A DNA stretch of 31,948 bases. Source: Candidatus Babelota bacterium. Lineage in GTDB: Bacteria > Babelota > Babeliae > Babelales > Babelaceae. This document shows, piece after piece, positions 7,990-19,573 of this stretch. A program made the translations under genes and the position numbers. Numbering within the stretch: position 1 is the stretch's first letter; the number at the start of each line of letters is the position of its first letter. The stretch is taken from positions 1 to 31,948 of the forward strand of contig JACDHA010000016.1 in the NCBI GenBank assembly GCA_013821315.1, in the 5' to 3' direction. The notes under the pieces are model-generated. The model made no database searches. It was not told the DNA's origin and was given only the letters and a program-made list of their open reading frames with translations.

Positions 7990-9102
7990 TTAAAAACCAA
8001 GAAGAGTAAATATGTCTCGGTAAGTCAGGTAGACAACAAGTGCCATTACAAGCAACCACGTAGCATAGTGGATTTTATAACGAGTCTCATCTTTTAATGG
8101 TTTACCTATAAGAGCTTCAATGGTAAAGAATAATGCTTGACCACCGTCAAATATAGGTAATGGCAACATATTAAATACCGCTAAGTTTATACTAATAAAT
8201 GCAAGCATAAATAAGCATACTTTATAGCCCCCTTTAACGCAGCTTGTTACTTGAGCTATCAGCATAAGTGGACCACCAAGACTTGCTTGTGCTTTTTTAA
8301 AGCCTTTAAAGATACCAAACAGCTCTTTAATCATATTCCACGTGGTTTGCCAGCCTTCAGAAAGCGCTTGGCTTAAAGAAACTGCAGGTGTATGCCAATA
8401 AACACCAAGTAGCGGTGTTGCTGCCTTATTGGCAATAGGGGCTGCAAGTTCTAGGGTAAGTGTTTGTTTTACGCCGTTACGTTCAATTTCTACTGGTGTT
8501 TGCTTGCCCATAAGCGGAGTAAGTTTTTCCGTTACTTGCTCTATAGTAGTTACTGGTTGATTATTAATGCTGATTATTTTATCATAAGGCTTAAAACCTG
8601 CTTTAGCTGCAGGCAAATTTTCTGCTACAGTATCAATAAAAGGAGCTCTTGTTTTACAAGTAGAGCCAACACAAGGTCCACCAACATAAAATAAAAAGCT
8701 TAATGCGGCGTAAGCAAATACTAAATTAAATAAAATGCCGCCAAACATAATAAGCATTTTTTGCCAGTAAGGCTTTTGATTAAAAGAGCGCTCGTCAGTA
8801 CTGTTAGCATATGCTTGTTCTCCTTGACCAACTTCTGCTGATCCAGCCATTTCTACATAACCACCTAAAGGAATAGCTGATATAACAAAGTCTGTGTCCC
8901 AGATTCGCTTTTTAAATAAGCGAGGGCCAAATCCAATAGAAAACGAAGGAGTATGAACGCCAAATAGTTTAGCAAAGATAAAATGTCCTAATTCATGAAA
9001 AAATATAAGAAAACAGACGCCCAAAAGCGCTATAATAATTGAAGGCAAATTGTAAATAAGCATAAGTAAATCCATCGGGCATTCTCCTTGATAATTTGAC
9101 AA
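7990..9102 (-). CDS. rseP: RIP zinc metalloprotease RseP (site-2 protease). The true start is probably the internal Met of MDLLMLIY (about 9075).
   Basis: HELGHFIFAKLFG HExxH motif in TM1, a central PDZ-like region, and the C-terminal LAVFNMLPLPIFDGG (LDG) motif. Confidence 0.85.
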   Translation of the reverse strand: MSNYQGECPMDLLMLIYNLPSIIIALLGVCFLIFFHELGHFIFAKLFGVHTPSFSIGFGPRLFKKRIWDTDFVISAIPLGGYVEMAGSAEVGQGEQAYANSTDERSFNQKPYWQKMLIMFGGILFNLVFAYAALSFLFYVGGPCVGSTCKTRAPFIDTVAENLPAAKAGFKPYDKIISINNQPVTTIEQVTEKLTPLMGKQTPVEIERNGVKQTLTLELAAPIANKAATPLLGVYWHTPAVSLSQALSEGWQTTWNMIKELFGIFKGFKKAQASLGGPLMLIAQVTSCVKGGYKVCLFMLAFISINLAVFNMLPLPIFDGGQALFFTIEALIGKPLKDETRYKIHYATWLLVMALVVYLTYRDIFTLLGF

Positions 9103-9183
9103 ATAAGATATTTTATGTTTTACTGCAATGATAACTTACCCAGTCTAATAATGCAAGTATATTTTCCGCTTTATTCTTTTCAC

Positions 9184-9211
9184 TTGAAAAAATCAACAAA
9201 AAAGTTATACT
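9184..9211 (+). promoter_or_regulatory. Candidate promoter in the long leader upstream of rpsL.
   Basis: TTGAAA (9184-9189), a 16-nt spacer, then TATACT (9206-9211), about 290 nt upstream of rpsL. Sequence pattern only. Confidence 0.3.
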
Positions 9212-9499
9212 ATTAATAATTCCCCATATTCGTTTATCAAGTACAACCATATCGGATAAACTCAACGGGACCTTTGTCCTCATTTTTGTGGATATATACA
9301 TTTTGAATTGTAGCATAGGTAATAATCCTGTATACTAATAACATTAATATGTTCAATTTAGTTTTTCTTACACGTATGATCGTTTATAAAACAAATCATC
9401 ATACAGAAAATGAGAACACAAAAATTGTAGACACACAAAATTAAGAGACTAATTTCTTAAAAATAATTTTTTAACTATTTATACCGTAGGTGGTTAGGT

Positions 9500-9874
9500 A
9501 TGCCGACAATTAATCAGCTTGCTCGCCATGAGCGTCCAAAAGCTAAAACAAAATCGAAAAGCGCAGCTTTAAAAGGGGCTCCTCAGGCGCGCGGTGTATG
9601 TACACGTGTTTTCACTACTACACCAAAAAAACCAAACTCAGCGTTACGTAAAGTAGCACGTGTTAAGTTATCAACAGGTATAGAAATTACTGCTTACATC
9701 GGTGGTGAAGGCCACAACTTGCAAGAGCACTCCGTGGTACTTGTACGTGGTGGAAAAGTAAAAGATTTACCTGGTGTGAAGTATCATATTGTTCGTGGTG
9801 CACTTGACTCAGCTGGTGTTGAGAAAAGAAGACAAGGTCGTTCACTCTATGGCGCTAAGCGTCCAAAGAAATAG
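9500..9874 (+). CDS. rpsL: 30S ribosomal protein S12.
   Basis: [55 protein letters not shown]; RBS AGGTGG upstream. Confidence 0.97.
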   Translation: MPTINQLARHERPKAKTKSKSAALKGAPQARGVCTRVFTTTPKKPNSALRKVARVKLSTGIEITAYIGGEGHNLQEHSVVLVRGGKVKDLPGVKYHIVRGALDSAGVEKRRQGRSLYGAKRPKK

Positions 9875-9885
9875 GAAGATAGTAT

Positions 9886-10368
9886 ATGCCAAGGCGTAAA
9901 TCCGTAAACTTTATTCGCTCTGTAGGTCAAGACCCACGTTATGGCTCAGAGATAGTTCAAAAATTAATCAACGTTGTAATGTGGCGTGGCAAAAAAAATG
10001 CTGCACGCACTATAGTGTATGATGCAATGGAAATTCTTACTAAAAAAGTTGGTGGAGAACAGGAAAAAGGTCTTACTTATTTTCTTAAAGCTCTTGATCA
10101 AATTATACCAGCAATTGAAGTTCGTCCTCGTCGTGTAGGCGGTAGCGTATACCAAATTCCTATGGAAGTTCAGCCTCATCGTGGTCGTGCTTTAGCTATG
10201 CGTTGGTTAATACATGCTGCTGCTTCACGTCCTGATAAAACAATGGGCCTTCGCTTAGCTCATGAGCTTCTTGACGCTCATGAAGGACGTGGTACTGCAA
10301 TTAAGAAAAAATTTGATATGCATAAAATGGCAGAGTCTAATAGAGCATTTGCTCATTATGCATGGTAA
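9886..10368 (+). CDS. rpsG: 30S ribosomal protein S7.
   Basis: MPRRKSVNF...RPRRVGGSVYQIPMEV...ESNRAFAHYAW. Confidence 0.97.
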   Translation: MPRRKSVNFIRSVGQDPRYGSEIVQKLINVVMWRGKKNAARTIVYDAMEILTKKVGGEQEKGLTYFLKALDQIIPAIEVRPRRVGGSVYQIPMEVQPHRGRALAMRWLIHAAASRPDKTMGLRLAHELLDAHEGRGTAIKKKFDMHKMAESNRAFAHYAW

Positions 10369-10380
10369 CAAAGGAATTGT

Positions 10381-12453
10381 ATGAGTAATCCGCTAGAAAA
10401 ATACAGAAATATAGGTATCGCAGCACATATTGATGCTGGTAAAACTACGGTTACTGAACGCGTACTTTTCTACACAGGTATTTCCCATAAAATTGGTGAA
10501 GTTCACGAAGGTGAAACGACTACCGATTGGATGGAGCAAGAAAGAGAGCGGGGTATTACTATTACCTCAGCAGCTGTTGCTTGCTCATGGAAAAACTACT
10601 ACATAAATATTATTGATACCCCAGGCCACGTTGACTTTACTATTGAAGTAGGTCGTTCATTGCGTGTTCTTGACGGTGTAATCGCTGTATTTTGTGGTGT
10701 AGGAAGTGTACAACCTCAATCAGAAACTGTATGGCGCCAAGCAACTCGTTATAAAGTGCCGCGCATTATCTTTGTTAATAAACTAGATCGTATTGGTGCT
10801 GATTACTTTAAAGTAATTAAGGATGTAAACCACAAGTTACGTGATGGTAATGCCATTGCTATGCAACTTCCTGTTGGAGCATCTGATGAATTTACTGGTA
10901 TTATTGACCTTCTTACACAAAGAATGGCTACTTTTAGTGGTGCTGAAGATAAAGGCTCAGTAGTCTCTTGGACCGATATTCCTGAAGAATATAAAGATCA
11001 AGCTGAAGAACTGCGTTTAAAAATTGTTGAAAGAGCAGCAGACTTAGATGATGTTTTAGCAGAAAAGTTTTTAAACGAACAAGAGATAACTCTTGAAGAA
11101 GTTAAAGCTGCTTTGCGTAAAGGTACTATAGAACGTAGGGTAACACTTGCTTTTTGTGGTAGCGCATTTAAAAACAAAGGTGTACAATTACTATTAGATG
11201 CAGTAATTGATTATTTACCGTCACCTATAGATATTCCAGCTGTTATAGGAACTCTTCCGGGCAGTGAGGAAACAGCTGAACGTGAACCAGATCCTAAGGC
11301 ACCATTTTCTGGACTTATTTTTAAACTTATGGCTGATCCTTATGTGGGTATATTAAACTTTGTACGCGTTTACTCTGGTGAATTAAAATCAGGCTCTTAC
11401 GTATATAATAGTACTAAAGGTACCAAAGAACGGGTAAGTCGTTTAGTTAAGATGTTTGCTAATAAAAAAGAAGAAATTGATATTCTCAGAGCGGGCGATA
11501 TCGGTGCAGTAGTAGGTGTTAAAGATGCTTCTACTGGTGATACCATCTGTGATGAGGCTCATCCTATAATTCTTGAAAAAATTGACGTACCTATTCCAGT
11601 TATTTCAGCTTCAGTTGAGCCGAAAAACAAAGCAGATTACGACAAAATGACGCAAGCATTAAGAAAAATGACTCAAGAAGATCCGTCCTTCCATTTTACG
11701 TTTGATAAGGAAACAAATCAGACAGTTATTAAAGGAATGGGCGAATTGCATTTAGAAATAGTTGTTGATCGCTTGAAACGTGAGCAAAAAGTAGAACTGG
11801 TACAAGGTAAACTACAAGTAGCGTTTAAAGAAACTATCCAAAAGCTAATCGAGGTTGAAGGTAAATATATCAAGCAATCCGGTGGTAAAGGTCAGTACGG
11901 TCACGTATGGTTGAAAATGGAACCCCTACCTCGCGGTACTGGTTACCAATTTGAAAATAAAGTTGTTGGTGGATCTATTCCTCGTGAATTTATTCCTGCT
12001 GTACAAAAAGGTCTTGAAGAAGCAATTAACACAGGTGTGTTAGGTGGTTATCCTGCAGTTGATATGAAGATCAGTTTAACTGAAGGTTCATATCATGATG
12101 TCGATTCCTCTGAATTGGCGTTTAAAATGGCTGCTAGTATGGCATTTAAAGCTGGTATGGCTAAAGCTGACCCAGTGCTTTTAGAGCCTATTATGAAAGT
12201 AGAAGTTGAAACACCAGATGAGTATATGGGCGATGTAATGGGTGATTTAAGCTCACGCCGTGGTCGTATATTAGGTTCAGAGTCTAAAGTAGGTACAACT
12301 ATTGTACTTGCTGAAGTACCACTTTCAGAGATGTTTGGCTATGTAACAGTGTTGCGTTCGATGACTAAAGGAAGAGCAAGTTCTACAATGGAATTTGAAT
12401 GCTACCGTGAAGTGCCAAAACATGCTCAAGAATTAATTTTAAAAGCTGTATAA
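10381..12453 (+). CDS. fusA: Elongation factor G.
   Basis: [27 protein letters not shown]-domain, followed by domains II to V; 690 aa. Confidence 0.97.
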   Translation: MSNPLEKYRNIGIAAHIDAGKTTVTERVLFYTGISHKIGEVHEGETTTDWMEQERERGITITSAAVACSWKNYYINIIDTPGHVDFTIEVGRSLRVLDGVIAVFCGVGSVQPQSETVWRQATRYKVPRIIFVNKLDRIGADYFKVIKDVNHKLRDGNAIAMQLPVGASDEFTGIIDLLTQRMATFSGAEDKGSVVSWTDIPEEYKDQAEELRLKIVERAADLDDVLAEKFLNEQEITLEEVKAALRKGTIERRVTLAFCGSAFKNKGVQLLLDAVIDYLPSPIDIPAVIGTLPGSEETAEREPDPKAPFSGLIFKLMADPYVGILNFVRVYSGELKSGSYVYNSTKGTKERVSRLVKMFANKKEEIDILRAGDIGAVVGVKDASTGDTICDEAHPIILEKIDVPIPVISASVEPKNKADYDKMTQALRKMTQEDPSFHFTFDKETNQTVIKGMGELHLEIVVDRLKREQKVELVQGKLQVAFKETIQKLIEVEGKYIKQSGGKGQYGHVWLKMEPLPRGTGYQFENKVVGGSIPREFIPAVQKGLEEAINTGVLGGYPAVDMKISLTEGSYHDVDSSELAFKMAASMAFKAGMAKADPVLLEPIMKVEVETPDEYMGDVMGDLSSRRGRILGSESKVGTTIVLAEVPLSEMFGYVTVLRSMTKGRASSTMEFECYREVPKHAQELILKAV

Positions 12454-12493
12454 TAAATCGTTTTAATAACTTAAGTGTTGTCCGGAGATAACG

Positions 12494-13690
12494 ATGGCAA
12501 AAGCTATATTTGAGCGCAGTAAGCCTCATTTAAACACGGGTACTATTGGGCACGTTGACCATGGTAAAACTACATTAACCGCTGCAATTACCAAAGTTCT
12601 TGCAGACCAAAATAAAGCTTGGGCTGAAGCAAGAAGATTCGATCAAATTGATAATGCTCCAGAAGAAAAAGCACGTGGTATTACTATTGCTATTTCTCAC
12701 GTAGAATATCAAACAGCTAATCGTCACTATGCACACGTAGATTGTCCTGGTCACGCTGATTATGTTAAAAACATGATTACCGGAGCAGCTCAAATGGACG
12801 GAGCTATTTTAGTGGTATCAGCTGCTGACGGTGCTATGCCTCAAACACGTGAGCATATCTTGCTTGCGAAAAACGTAGGTGTACCTGCACTTGTTGTGTT
12901 CTTAAACAAAGTAGATATGGTTGATGACACTGACATGCTTGAAATGGTTGAAGAAGAAATTCGTGAACTACTTACCAAGTATGGCTTTCCTGGTCAAGAA
13001 ATACCTATCGTTCGTGGTTCAGCTGTTAAGGCTCTTAACGGTGATCAAAGTGAAATAGGCTCACAGGCTATTATGAAATTAATGGACGCTGTTGATTCTT
13101 ATATTCCACAACCACTTCGCGAAATTGACAAACCATTTTTAATGGCTGTTGAGGGTGTATTCTCTATTCCTGGACGTGGTACTGTAGCTACAGGCCGTAT
13201 CGAACGTGGTAGAGTTAAAGTTGGTGAAGAAGTTGAACTTGTAGGTTTTGGCGATAACAGAAAAACTACCGTAACTGGTGTTGAAATGTTCCGCAAAGAA
13301 CTTACTGAAGGTCAAGCTGGTGATAACGTAGGTCTTCTTCTGCGTGGTATTAAAAAAGAAGAAATTGAACGTGGCCAATGTCTTACTAAAGTTGGTACAA
13401 TTACTCCGCATAAAAAATATAAATGCGAGCTTTATGTACTCGGTAAAGATGAAGGCGGTCGTCACAGTCCGTTCTTTAATGGCTATAGACCTCAGTTCTA
13501 CTTCAGAACAACAGACGTTACTGGTATCGTGACACTTCCAGAAGGTCGTGAAATGGTTATGCCTGGTGATCATGTGAGTGTAACTGTAGAGTTAATTGCT
13601 CCGATTGCTATGGAAAAAGACCAACGCTTTGCTGTTCGTGAAGGTGGAAGAACTGTAGGATCTGGTATTGTTACAGAGATTCTTGACTAA
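12494..13690 (+). CDS. tuf: Elongation factor Tu.
   Basis: [52 protein letters not shown]; 398 aa. Confidence 0.97.
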   Translation: MAKAIFERSKPHLNTGTIGHVDHGKTTLTAAITKVLADQNKAWAEARRFDQIDNAPEEKARGITIAISHVEYQTANRHYAHVDCPGHADYVKNMITGAAQMDGAILVVSAADGAMPQTREHILLAKNVGVPALVVFLNKVDMVDDTDMLEMVEEEIRELLTKYGFPGQEIPIVRGSAVKALNGDQSEIGSQAIMKLMDAVDSYIPQPLREIDKPFLMAVEGVFSIPGRGTVATGRIERGRVKVGEEVELVGFGDNRKTTVTGVEMFRKELTEGQAGDNVGLLLRGIKKEEIERGQCLTKVGTITPHKKYKCELYVLGKDEGGRHSPFFNGYRPQFYFRTTDVTGIVTLPEGREMVMPGDHVSVTVELIAPIAMEKDQRFAVREGGRTVGSGIVTEILD

Positions 13691-13704
13691 TTATAGGTTG
13701 ATAC

Positions 13705-14010
13705 ATGAAAAAACAGAAAATTCGTTTAACGCTCAAATCATACGATCATCAATTGTTAGACAAAGCGGTTAAGCAAATTGTATTAACTGTTAAAAGGACC
13801 GGGTCCCATATTATGGGACCTGTGCCGATGCCTAACAAACAACGTATTTTTACTGTATTGCGTTCACCGCATATTGATAAAAAATCACGTGAACAATTTG
13901 AGCTTACCACGCACAGACGTATTTTAGATATTGTTGCACCCTCAGACGCTACTATGGATGCGTTGATGAAACTAAATATTTCATCAGGGGTCGACGTTGA
14001 AATTAAGTGA
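13705..14010 (+). CDS. rpsJ: 30S ribosomal protein S10.
   Basis: [26 protein letters not shown]...[29 protein letters not shown]. Confidence 0.95.
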   Translation: MKKQKIRLTLKSYDHQLLDKAVKQIVLTVKRTGSHIMGPVPMPNKQRIFTVLRSPHIDKKSREQFELTTHRRILDIVAPSDATMDALMKLNISSGVDVEIK

Positions 14011-14028
14011 CAGAGAAAGGTCAGTTAA

Positions 14029-14652
14029 ATGGTAAATGGTCTCTGGGGTAAAAAAATCGGTATGACCCAGATTTTTTCAGATGAACAAAAAGTTGTTCCA
14101 GTTACAGCAATTGATGTTTCTCATTGGTTTGTTACTCAAATAAAAACCCTTGAAAAAGATGGTTATGCTGCAGCTAAAATGGGACATCTTAAAAAGAAGT
14201 ATACTGGAGAAGTATTCTCTCATGATTGGCTAAAACAACCTAATAAGTATTTTAGTGCTTTCAAAGAAGTACGTATTCAAGATGCTGCATCTGACTTAAC
14301 TGTAGGTCAGCCCGCAGATGTAGCCGCTATTTTAAATAAAGGCGATAACGTAGATGTATTTGGTATCACTAAAGGTGCTGGATTTCAAGGTGTTGTTAAA
14401 CGTCACGGATTTTCTGGTGGACGAGCAAGCCATGGTTCAACCTTTGGACGCTTTACAGGATCGTTAAGCTTTATGAGAAGTCGTGGTCGTGTTATTAAAG
14501 GTAAAAAAATGCCTGGACACATGGGTGTCGATCAACAGGTGATGAAAAACCTTGAAATTGTAAGAATAGAACCCGATGCTCATGTAGTATTAGTAAAAGG
14601 TTCCGTTCCTGGTAAATCAGGTACGTTATTATTTATGAGAAAGAGTAGGTAA
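14029..14652 (+). CDS. rplC: 50S ribosomal protein L3.
   Basis: MVNGLWGKKIGMTQIFSDEQKVVPVTAI...FQGVVKRHGFSGGRASHGS. Confidence 0.95.
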   Translation: MVNGLWGKKIGMTQIFSDEQKVVPVTAIDVSHWFVTQIKTLEKDGYAAAKMGHLKKKYTGEVFSHDWLKQPNKYFSAFKEVRIQDAASDLTVGQPADVAAILNKGDNVDVFGITKGAGFQGVVKRHGFSGGRASHGSTFGRFTGSLSFMRSRGRVIKGKKMPGHMGVDQQVMKNLEIVRIEPDAHVVLVKGSVPGKSGTLLFMRKSR

Positions 14653-14655
14653 GCA

Positions 14656-15300
14656 ATGGCAGTTAAAAATGCTGACGGAACTATGCTTGCTCAAGTTATT
14701 GCTCCTCAAGATTTACAACTTTCACCAGATCAACAAGCTCTGATAGCGCCTGAAGGGTTATCCCAATGCGTACGAGCACTGATGCAAAATTGGCGTCAAG
14801 GAACAGTAGCCTGTAAAGGTCGTTCTGACGTGGCTTTTTCAAATAAAAAGCCTTGGAAACAAAAAGGAACTGGTAGAGCACGTGCAGGTTCTCCTCGCTC
14901 TCCATTATGGCGTAAAGGTGGTGTAACTTTTGGACCACAACCGCGTGTTAGAACACTAACGGTGCCTAAAACTCTAAGACGTGGTGTATGTAATACATTG
15001 CTTTGGAATTATTTAAATAATGAAAAAGTAATGAGTTTAAATTGGGTTGCTCAAGAAGCAGCACCAAAAACAGCTCACGCATTTAATGCTCTTAAACAAG
15101 CAGGACTTGCTGATAAAAAAGTACTCTTGTTTGTAACTAATTATGATGCGGCTACCCATGCATCTTTTAATAATATTTCCAATGTAAAGATGCTGTTATT
15201 TGATCAAGCAAATGCTTATCATTTGGCAAGCGGTGATTACTGGGTATTTTTAAACAAAGACATGGATGCCTTTAAAGAAATGGTCAGCGCATGGATTTGA
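14656..15300 (+). CDS. rplD: 50S ribosomal protein L4.
   Basis: [33 protein letters not shown]. Confidence 0.93.
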   Translation: MAVKNADGTMLAQVIAPQDLQLSPDQQALIAPEGLSQCVRALMQNWRQGTVACKGRSDVAFSNKKPWKQKGTGRARAGSPRSPLWRKGGVTFGPQPRVRTLTVPKTLRRGVCNTLLWNYLNNEKVMSLNWVAQEAAPKTAHAFNALKQAGLADKKVLLFVTNYDAATHASFNNISNVKMLLFDQANAYHLASGDYWVFLNKDMDAFKEMVSAWI

Positions 15301-15635
15301 CATTATATGATATCATCAAAGGTCCTCGTATAACTGAAAAAGCTTACCAGCTTAATCAGAATTTAAAACAATTAGTGCTTGAAGTTCACATGCATGCTAA
15401 TAAAGCTCTTATTGCTGAAGCGTTAAAAAAACTTTTTAACGTAGAAGCTGATAAGATACGCATTGTTCTTTCAAAAGGCAAAAATCGCCGTGCTGGACGT
15501 CATAAGATCACAGGTAAAGACAGAAAAAAAGCCATTATTACTCTTAAAGAAGGCTATTCTGTTGATCTTATGGGACTTTCTCAGTCTGCAGCAGAAAGAC
15601 ATGAGCAAGCTCAATCATCAAGCAGTGGAGCATAA
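15291..15635 (+). CDS. rplW: 50S ribosomal protein L23, with a C-terminal extension of about 20 aa.
   Basis: [13 protein letters not shown]...L23 core. Overlaps the rplD end by 10 nt. The tail is [22 protein letters not shown]. Confidence 0.9.
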   Translation: MDLTLYDIIKGPRITEKAYQLNQNLKQLVLEVHMHANKALIAEALKKLFNVEADKIRIVLSKGKNRRAGRHKITGKDRKKAIITLKEGYSVDLMGLSQSAAERHEQAQSSSSGA

Positions 15636-15644
15636 AGGTAAATT

Positions 15645-16463
15645 ATGGCTATTGTAAGCAGAAAACCGCGCAATCCGTCGTTGCGCTTTCAAACATATGT
15701 CGATACTAGCGACTTAACTAAAAAAGCACCTGAGCGTAGTCTTACTAAAGGATTGAGCAAAAAAGGTGGCAGAAACGCTTATGGTCGTATTACTGTACGC
15801 CATCGTGGTGGTGGTGCTGCACGTAAGTATCGTTTGGTAGATTTTAATCGTTATGAACGTGATGTAACTGGCAAAATTACTGCTGTTGAATACGATCCAA
15901 ATCGTAACACACGTATAGCATTAGTGTTTTATCAAAATGGTGCAAAAAGCTATATTTTAATGCCTCAAGAGCTTAAAATCGGTGACGTAGTAGCTGCTGG
16001 TAAAAACGTAGAAGCAAAAGTAGGAAACTGCTTGCCTTTACGCAATATCCCTGTTGGTTTTACTGTTCACAACGTAGAAATTAAGCCTGGATCAGGTGGT
16101 AAATTTGCTCGTAGCGCAGGTACTTCGGTGCAATTAATGGCTAAAGCCGATAATTATGCAACCTTAAGAATGCCTTCTGGTGAAATGCGCATGGTGCACT
16201 TGGATTGTTTTGCTACCGTAGGTACGTTGAGCAACCCTGATCATAAGAATATTTCTATCGGTAAAGCGGGTCGTACTCGCCGTTTAGGTATTCGTCCTAC
16301 TGTACGTGGTATGGCTATGAACCCTGTAGATCACCCTCATGGTGGTGGTGAAGGTCGTTCTAAGTCTGGTTCCCACCCTGTAAGTCCATGGGGTAAAGGC
16401 GCTAAAGGTACTCGTACTAGAAGACGTAAGAACCCATTGATTTTAAGAAGAAGAAGACCATAA
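15645..16463 (+). CDS. rplB: 50S ribosomal protein L2.
   Basis: GRNAYGRITVRHRGGGAARKYRLVDF...MNPVDHPHGGGEGRS. Confidence 0.97.
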   Translation: MAIVSRKPRNPSLRFQTYVDTSDLTKKAPERSLTKGLSKKGGRNAYGRITVRHRGGGAARKYRLVDFNRYERDVTGKITAVEYDPNRNTRIALVFYQNGAKSYILMPQELKIGDVVAAGKNVEAKVGNCLPLRNIPVGFTVHNVEIKPGSGGKFARSAGTSVQLMAKADNYATLRMPSGEMRMVHLDCFATVGTLSNPDHKNISIGKAGRTRRLGIRPTVRGMAMNPVDHPHGGGEGRSKSGSHPVSPWGKGAKGTRTRRRKNPLILRRRRP

Positions 16464-16487
16464 TTATTAGTATAAAGGTAAACTATA

Positions 16488-16772
16488 ATGGCTCGATCTG
16501 CTAAAAAGGGACCTTTTGTTGATGACTCACTTTTAAAAAAAGTTGAGCATGCTCGCGCAAGCACCAAAAGGGACGTTATTAAGACCTGGTCTCGTCGAAG
16601 CATGGTAACACCAGATTTTGTTGGTCTTACTATTGCTGTACATGATGGGCGTAAATTTGTTTCTGTTTTTGTAACAGAGAACATGGTAGGTCACAAATTA
16701 GGTGAGTTTGCTCCGTCTAGAACGTTTAGACTACATAGTGGTCAACGTAAAGCGGGAGCAGCTGGAAAATAA
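16488..16772 (+). CDS. rpsS: 30S ribosomal protein S19.
   Basis: [20 protein letters not shown]...[40 protein letters not shown]. Confidence 0.95.
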   Translation: MARSAKKGPFVDDSLLKKVEHARASTKRDVIKTWSRRSMVTPDFVGLTIAVHDGRKFVSVFVTENMVGHKLGEFAPSRTFRLHSGQRKAGAAGK

Positions 16773-16810
16773 TCTCAAAAATTGTATAATAGTATAGTAT
16801 AAGGCATCGT

Positions 16811-17197
16811 ATGGATAAACAGACAAAGGTCAAACAGGCGTCATCAGAGAATTCTGATAAAGTACAGTTTGTAGCGAAAGCTCGCTATATTCGATACTCG
16901 CCTTATAAATTAAGACCTATAGCTGACGTTATACGTGGCAAAGATGTAGTGTACGCCTTAAATTGGCTTACTACTTATCGTACGCAACGTGTAGAACCGA
17001 TCAAAAAAGTACTTGAATCAGCAGTAGCTAATGCAAAAAATCTACAAAACGTAGAAACATCAGCTCTTGCTATTAAAGAAATACGTATTGATCAGGGTCC
17101 AATTCATCGCTATTTTAAGCCAGGTGCAATGGGTCGTGCAATGGTTCAGCGTAAACGCATGAGCCATTTAAGTGTTATTTTAGAACCTAAGAACTAA
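16811..17197 (+). CDS. rplV: 50S ribosomal protein L22, with an N-terminal extension of about 18 aa.
   Basis: ARYIRYSPYKLRPIADVIRGKDVVYALNWL...KVLESAVANA...IDQGPIHRYFKPGAMGRAMVQRKRMSHLSVIL. Confidence 0.93.
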   Translation: MDKQTKVKQASSENSDKVQFVAKARYIRYSPYKLRPIADVIRGKDVVYALNWLTTYRTQRVEPIKKVLESAVANAKNLQNVETSALAIKEIRIDQGPIHRYFKPGAMGRAMVQRKRMSHLSVILEPKN

Positions 17198-17207
17198 GAG
17201 GCGTAGT

Positions 17208-17843
17208 GTGGGACAAAAGGTTAACCCGATAGGGTTTAGAATAGGCATATACCGTGATTGGAGCTCCCGTTGGTTTGCTCGTCGCCAAAATTATGCAGAA
17301 TTGCTTTTTGAAGATTTGGAAATTCAGAAATATATTCGAAAAGCATTACCTGGTGCTGAAATTTCAACTATTGAAATTGAAAAAGCTGGTGATAATCTTC
17401 GTGTTATTATTCACTCCGGTCGTCCAGGTGTAGTAATTGGTAAAAAAGGTCAAGAAATTGATTCTTTACGTAAAGATCTAGCTCGCCTATTAAAGCGTAC
17501 AAACGTTGAAGTATCTGTTCAAGAAATTAAAACTCCTGAACTTGATGCTACTATCGTTTCCAAAACTATAGCTGAGCAGTTAGAAAAACGAGCAAGCTTT
17601 AAGAAAGTCATGAAAAAAGCCGCTACAGCTGCAATGAAAGCTGGAGCACTTGGCGTAAAGATTAGATGTGCAGGCCGACTTGGTGGCGCAGAAATCGCAC
17701 GTGATGAATGGATTCGTATAGGATCAACTCCTTTGCATACTTTGCGATCTGATATTGATTATGGATTCTCCGAGTCACATACTACTTATGGCGTTATTGG
17801 CGTTAAAGTATGGATCTGTCGCGGCGAATACAAATTAGTATAA
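17208..17843 (+). CDS. rpsC: 30S ribosomal protein S3 (GTG start).
   Basis: (M)GQKVNPIGFRIGIYRDWSSRWFA...KH domain. Confidence 0.95.
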   Translation: MGQKVNPIGFRIGIYRDWSSRWFARRQNYAELLFEDLEIQKYIRKALPGAEISTIEIEKAGDNLRVIIHSGRPGVVIGKKGQEIDSLRKDLARLLKRTNVEVSVQEIKTPELDATIVSKTIAEQLEKRASFKKVMKKAATAAMKAGALGVKIRCAGRLGGAEIARDEWIRIGSTPLHTLRSDIDYGFSESHTTYGVIGVKVWICRGEYKLV

Positions 17844-17871
17844 GACTTTATTAGCTTCGAGAGATTAAATC

Positions 17872-18339
17872 ATGTTAATGCCCAAAAAAATAAAGTACCG
17901 TAAAGTACAAAAGGGAAGAAAAGGCGGTTTATCTAAAGGCGCAAGAGATGTTGCTTTTGGTGAATTTGGCCTACAAGCAGTGGAAGCTGCTTGGTTAACA
18001 GCACAGCAAATAGAAGCTGTGCGTGTAACTATTTCCCGTAAATTGAAAAAAGTTGGAAGACTTTATTTAAGAGTGTTTCCAGATAAACCAATCACTAAGA
18101 AACCTGCTGAAACTCGTATGGGTAAAGGTAAGGGTAACGTAGAAGGTTGGGTAGCTGTAGTTAAAAGAGAACGCGTCATGTTTGAACTTGGCGGTCTTGA
18201 TGAAGCAACAGCTAAACAGGTATTTAAAGCAGCAGCCTACAAGCTGCCGATGAAAACCAAGTTCGTAAGAAGACCTAGTGCTGATATATCAGTAGTAGAG
18301 ACTCAAGTAGAACATACTGTAGAGCAAAACAATGAGTAA
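17872..18339 (+). CDS. rplP: 50S ribosomal protein L16, with a C-terminal extension of about 20 aa.
   Basis: [16 protein letters not shown]...[28 protein letters not shown]. Confidence 0.95.
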   Translation: MLMPKKIKYRKVQKGRKGGLSKGARDVAFGEFGLQAVEAAWLTAQQIEAVRVTISRKLKKVGRLYLRVFPDKPITKKPAETRMGKGKGNVEGWVAVVKRERVMFELGGLDEATAKQVFKAAAYKLPMKTKFVRRPSADISVVETQVEHTVEQNNE

Positions 18340-18544
18340 AGTAAATACAATGAAAAAAGAGCTTCAAGGGCTCGCTGCTCAGGATCTTGCTGTAAAAGTT
18401 GATGCATTGCAACGTGAGCTTTTTAGCTTGCGTCTCCATACAGCAACCTCACCAGTTAAAGATAACACGCAATTTCGTAAGCTGCGTAAAGACATTGCGC
18501 GTGCGTTAACGTATTTACGTCAAAAAACGTCGCAATTAGGTTAA
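18332..18544 (+). CDS. rpmC: 50S ribosomal protein L29.
   Basis: 70 aa; [12 protein letters not shown]...[14 protein letters not shown]. Overlaps the rplP end by 8 nt. Confidence 0.9.
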   Translation: MSKVNTMKKELQGLAAQDLAVKVDALQRELFSLRLHTATSPVKDNTQFRKLRKDIARALTYLRQKTSQLG

Positions 18545-18556
18545 TAAAGGCATTAT

Positions 18557-18835
18557 ATGGTTGATACACAGATAACACCAAAACGCGTTCTGACAGGCGA
18601 AGTAATTTCTGATAAAATGGATAAGACTATAGTAGTGAAAGTAGAACGTACTTACACTCATCCACGCCTTCAGAAAGTGATGCGTATAGCAAAAAAGTAT
18701 AAAGTACATGATGAGTCTGAAACAGCTCATGCGGGTGATTTAGTAGAAATCTACGAAGGTCGTCCAATGAGCAAGACAAAATATATGTATTTAGCTCGTG
18801 TTGTAAGGTCTAAAAATCCAAGCAATCCAGCTTAA
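18557..18835 (+). CDS. rpsQ: 30S ribosomal protein S17.
   Basis: [45 protein letters not shown]. Confidence 0.93.
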   Translation: MVDTQITPKRVLTGEVISDKMDKTIVVKVERTYTHPRLQKVMRIAKKYKVHDESETAHAGDLVEIYEGRPMSKTKYMYLARVVRSKNPSNPA

Positions 18836-18851
18836 TAACTAGGACAATGTT

Positions 18852-19226
18852 ATGCTTCAAAAAGAATCTTATTTAGAAGTAGCCGATAATTCTGGAGCTC
18901 AGCTTTTACAAGTAATCCATATATTTGGAAGTACCGGTAAAAGATATGCTCGACTTGGCGATAAAGTAAAATGCGCCGTTAAAAAGGCTATTCCTGGCGG
19001 TCAGGTTAAAAAAGGTGACGTGGTTGACGTAGTTATAGCACGCACTCGTAAAGAAAACCGTCGCGCTGATGGTAGTTATATCCGCTTTGGTGACAATGCA
19101 GGTATTATTATCAAATCAGTGGAAGACAATACGCCTATTGGATCCCGTGTGTTTGGTCCTATAGCAAGAGAATTACGTGCTAAAGGTTTTGATAAAATAG
19201 TATCGTTAGCACCTGAAGTTGTATAA
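18852..19226 (+). CDS. rplN: 50S ribosomal protein L14.
   Basis: [24 protein letters not shown]...GDVVDVVIA...[13 protein letters not shown]. Confidence 0.97.
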   Translation: MLQKESYLEVADNSGAQLLQVIHIFGSTGKRYARLGDKVKCAVKKAIPGGQVKKGDVVDVVIARTRKENRRADGSYIRFGDNAGIIIKSVEDNTPIGSRVFGPIARELRAKGFDKIVSLAPEVV

Positions 19227-19239
19227 AGGATAGACACAC

Positions 19240-19551
19240 ATGTTACGTATTAAAAAAAATGACACGGTAATTGTTCTTACGGGTAAAGATAAAGGCAAAC
19301 GTGGTACTGTACTTGAAATAGTGCTAGATAAAAATCTAGTTAAAGTAAAAGGTATTGCTGTTGTAACTAAACACGTAAAAGCAAAACGTCAAGGTGAAAA
19401 TTCAGGTATCGTTAAACAAGAAGGTTATATTAACGCTTCTAACGTAATGCTGGTTTCACCTGTTGATAATCAACCGTGCCGAGTAAATTTCAAAACACTT
19501 GAAGATGGTAAAAAAGTTCGTGTATCTAATCGTACTCAACAAACTATCTAA
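19240..19551 (+). CDS. rplX: 50S ribosomal protein L24.
   Basis: MLRIKKNDTVIVLTGKDKGKRGTVLEI KOW motif. Confidence 0.93.
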   Translation: MLRIKKNDTVIVLTGKDKGKRGTVLEIVLDKNLVKVKGIAVVTKHVKAKRQGENSGIVKQEGYINASNVMLVSPVDNQPCRVNFKTLEDGKKVRVSNRTQQTI

Positions 19552-19573
19552 GTGATATAGGTTAAGGATAAGA

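Noticed and set aside
9113-9316. 67-aa minus-strand ORF in the rpsL leader region.
   Set aside because: No RBS and no recognisable domain. It lies in a probable promoter or leader region, so non-coding is more likely.
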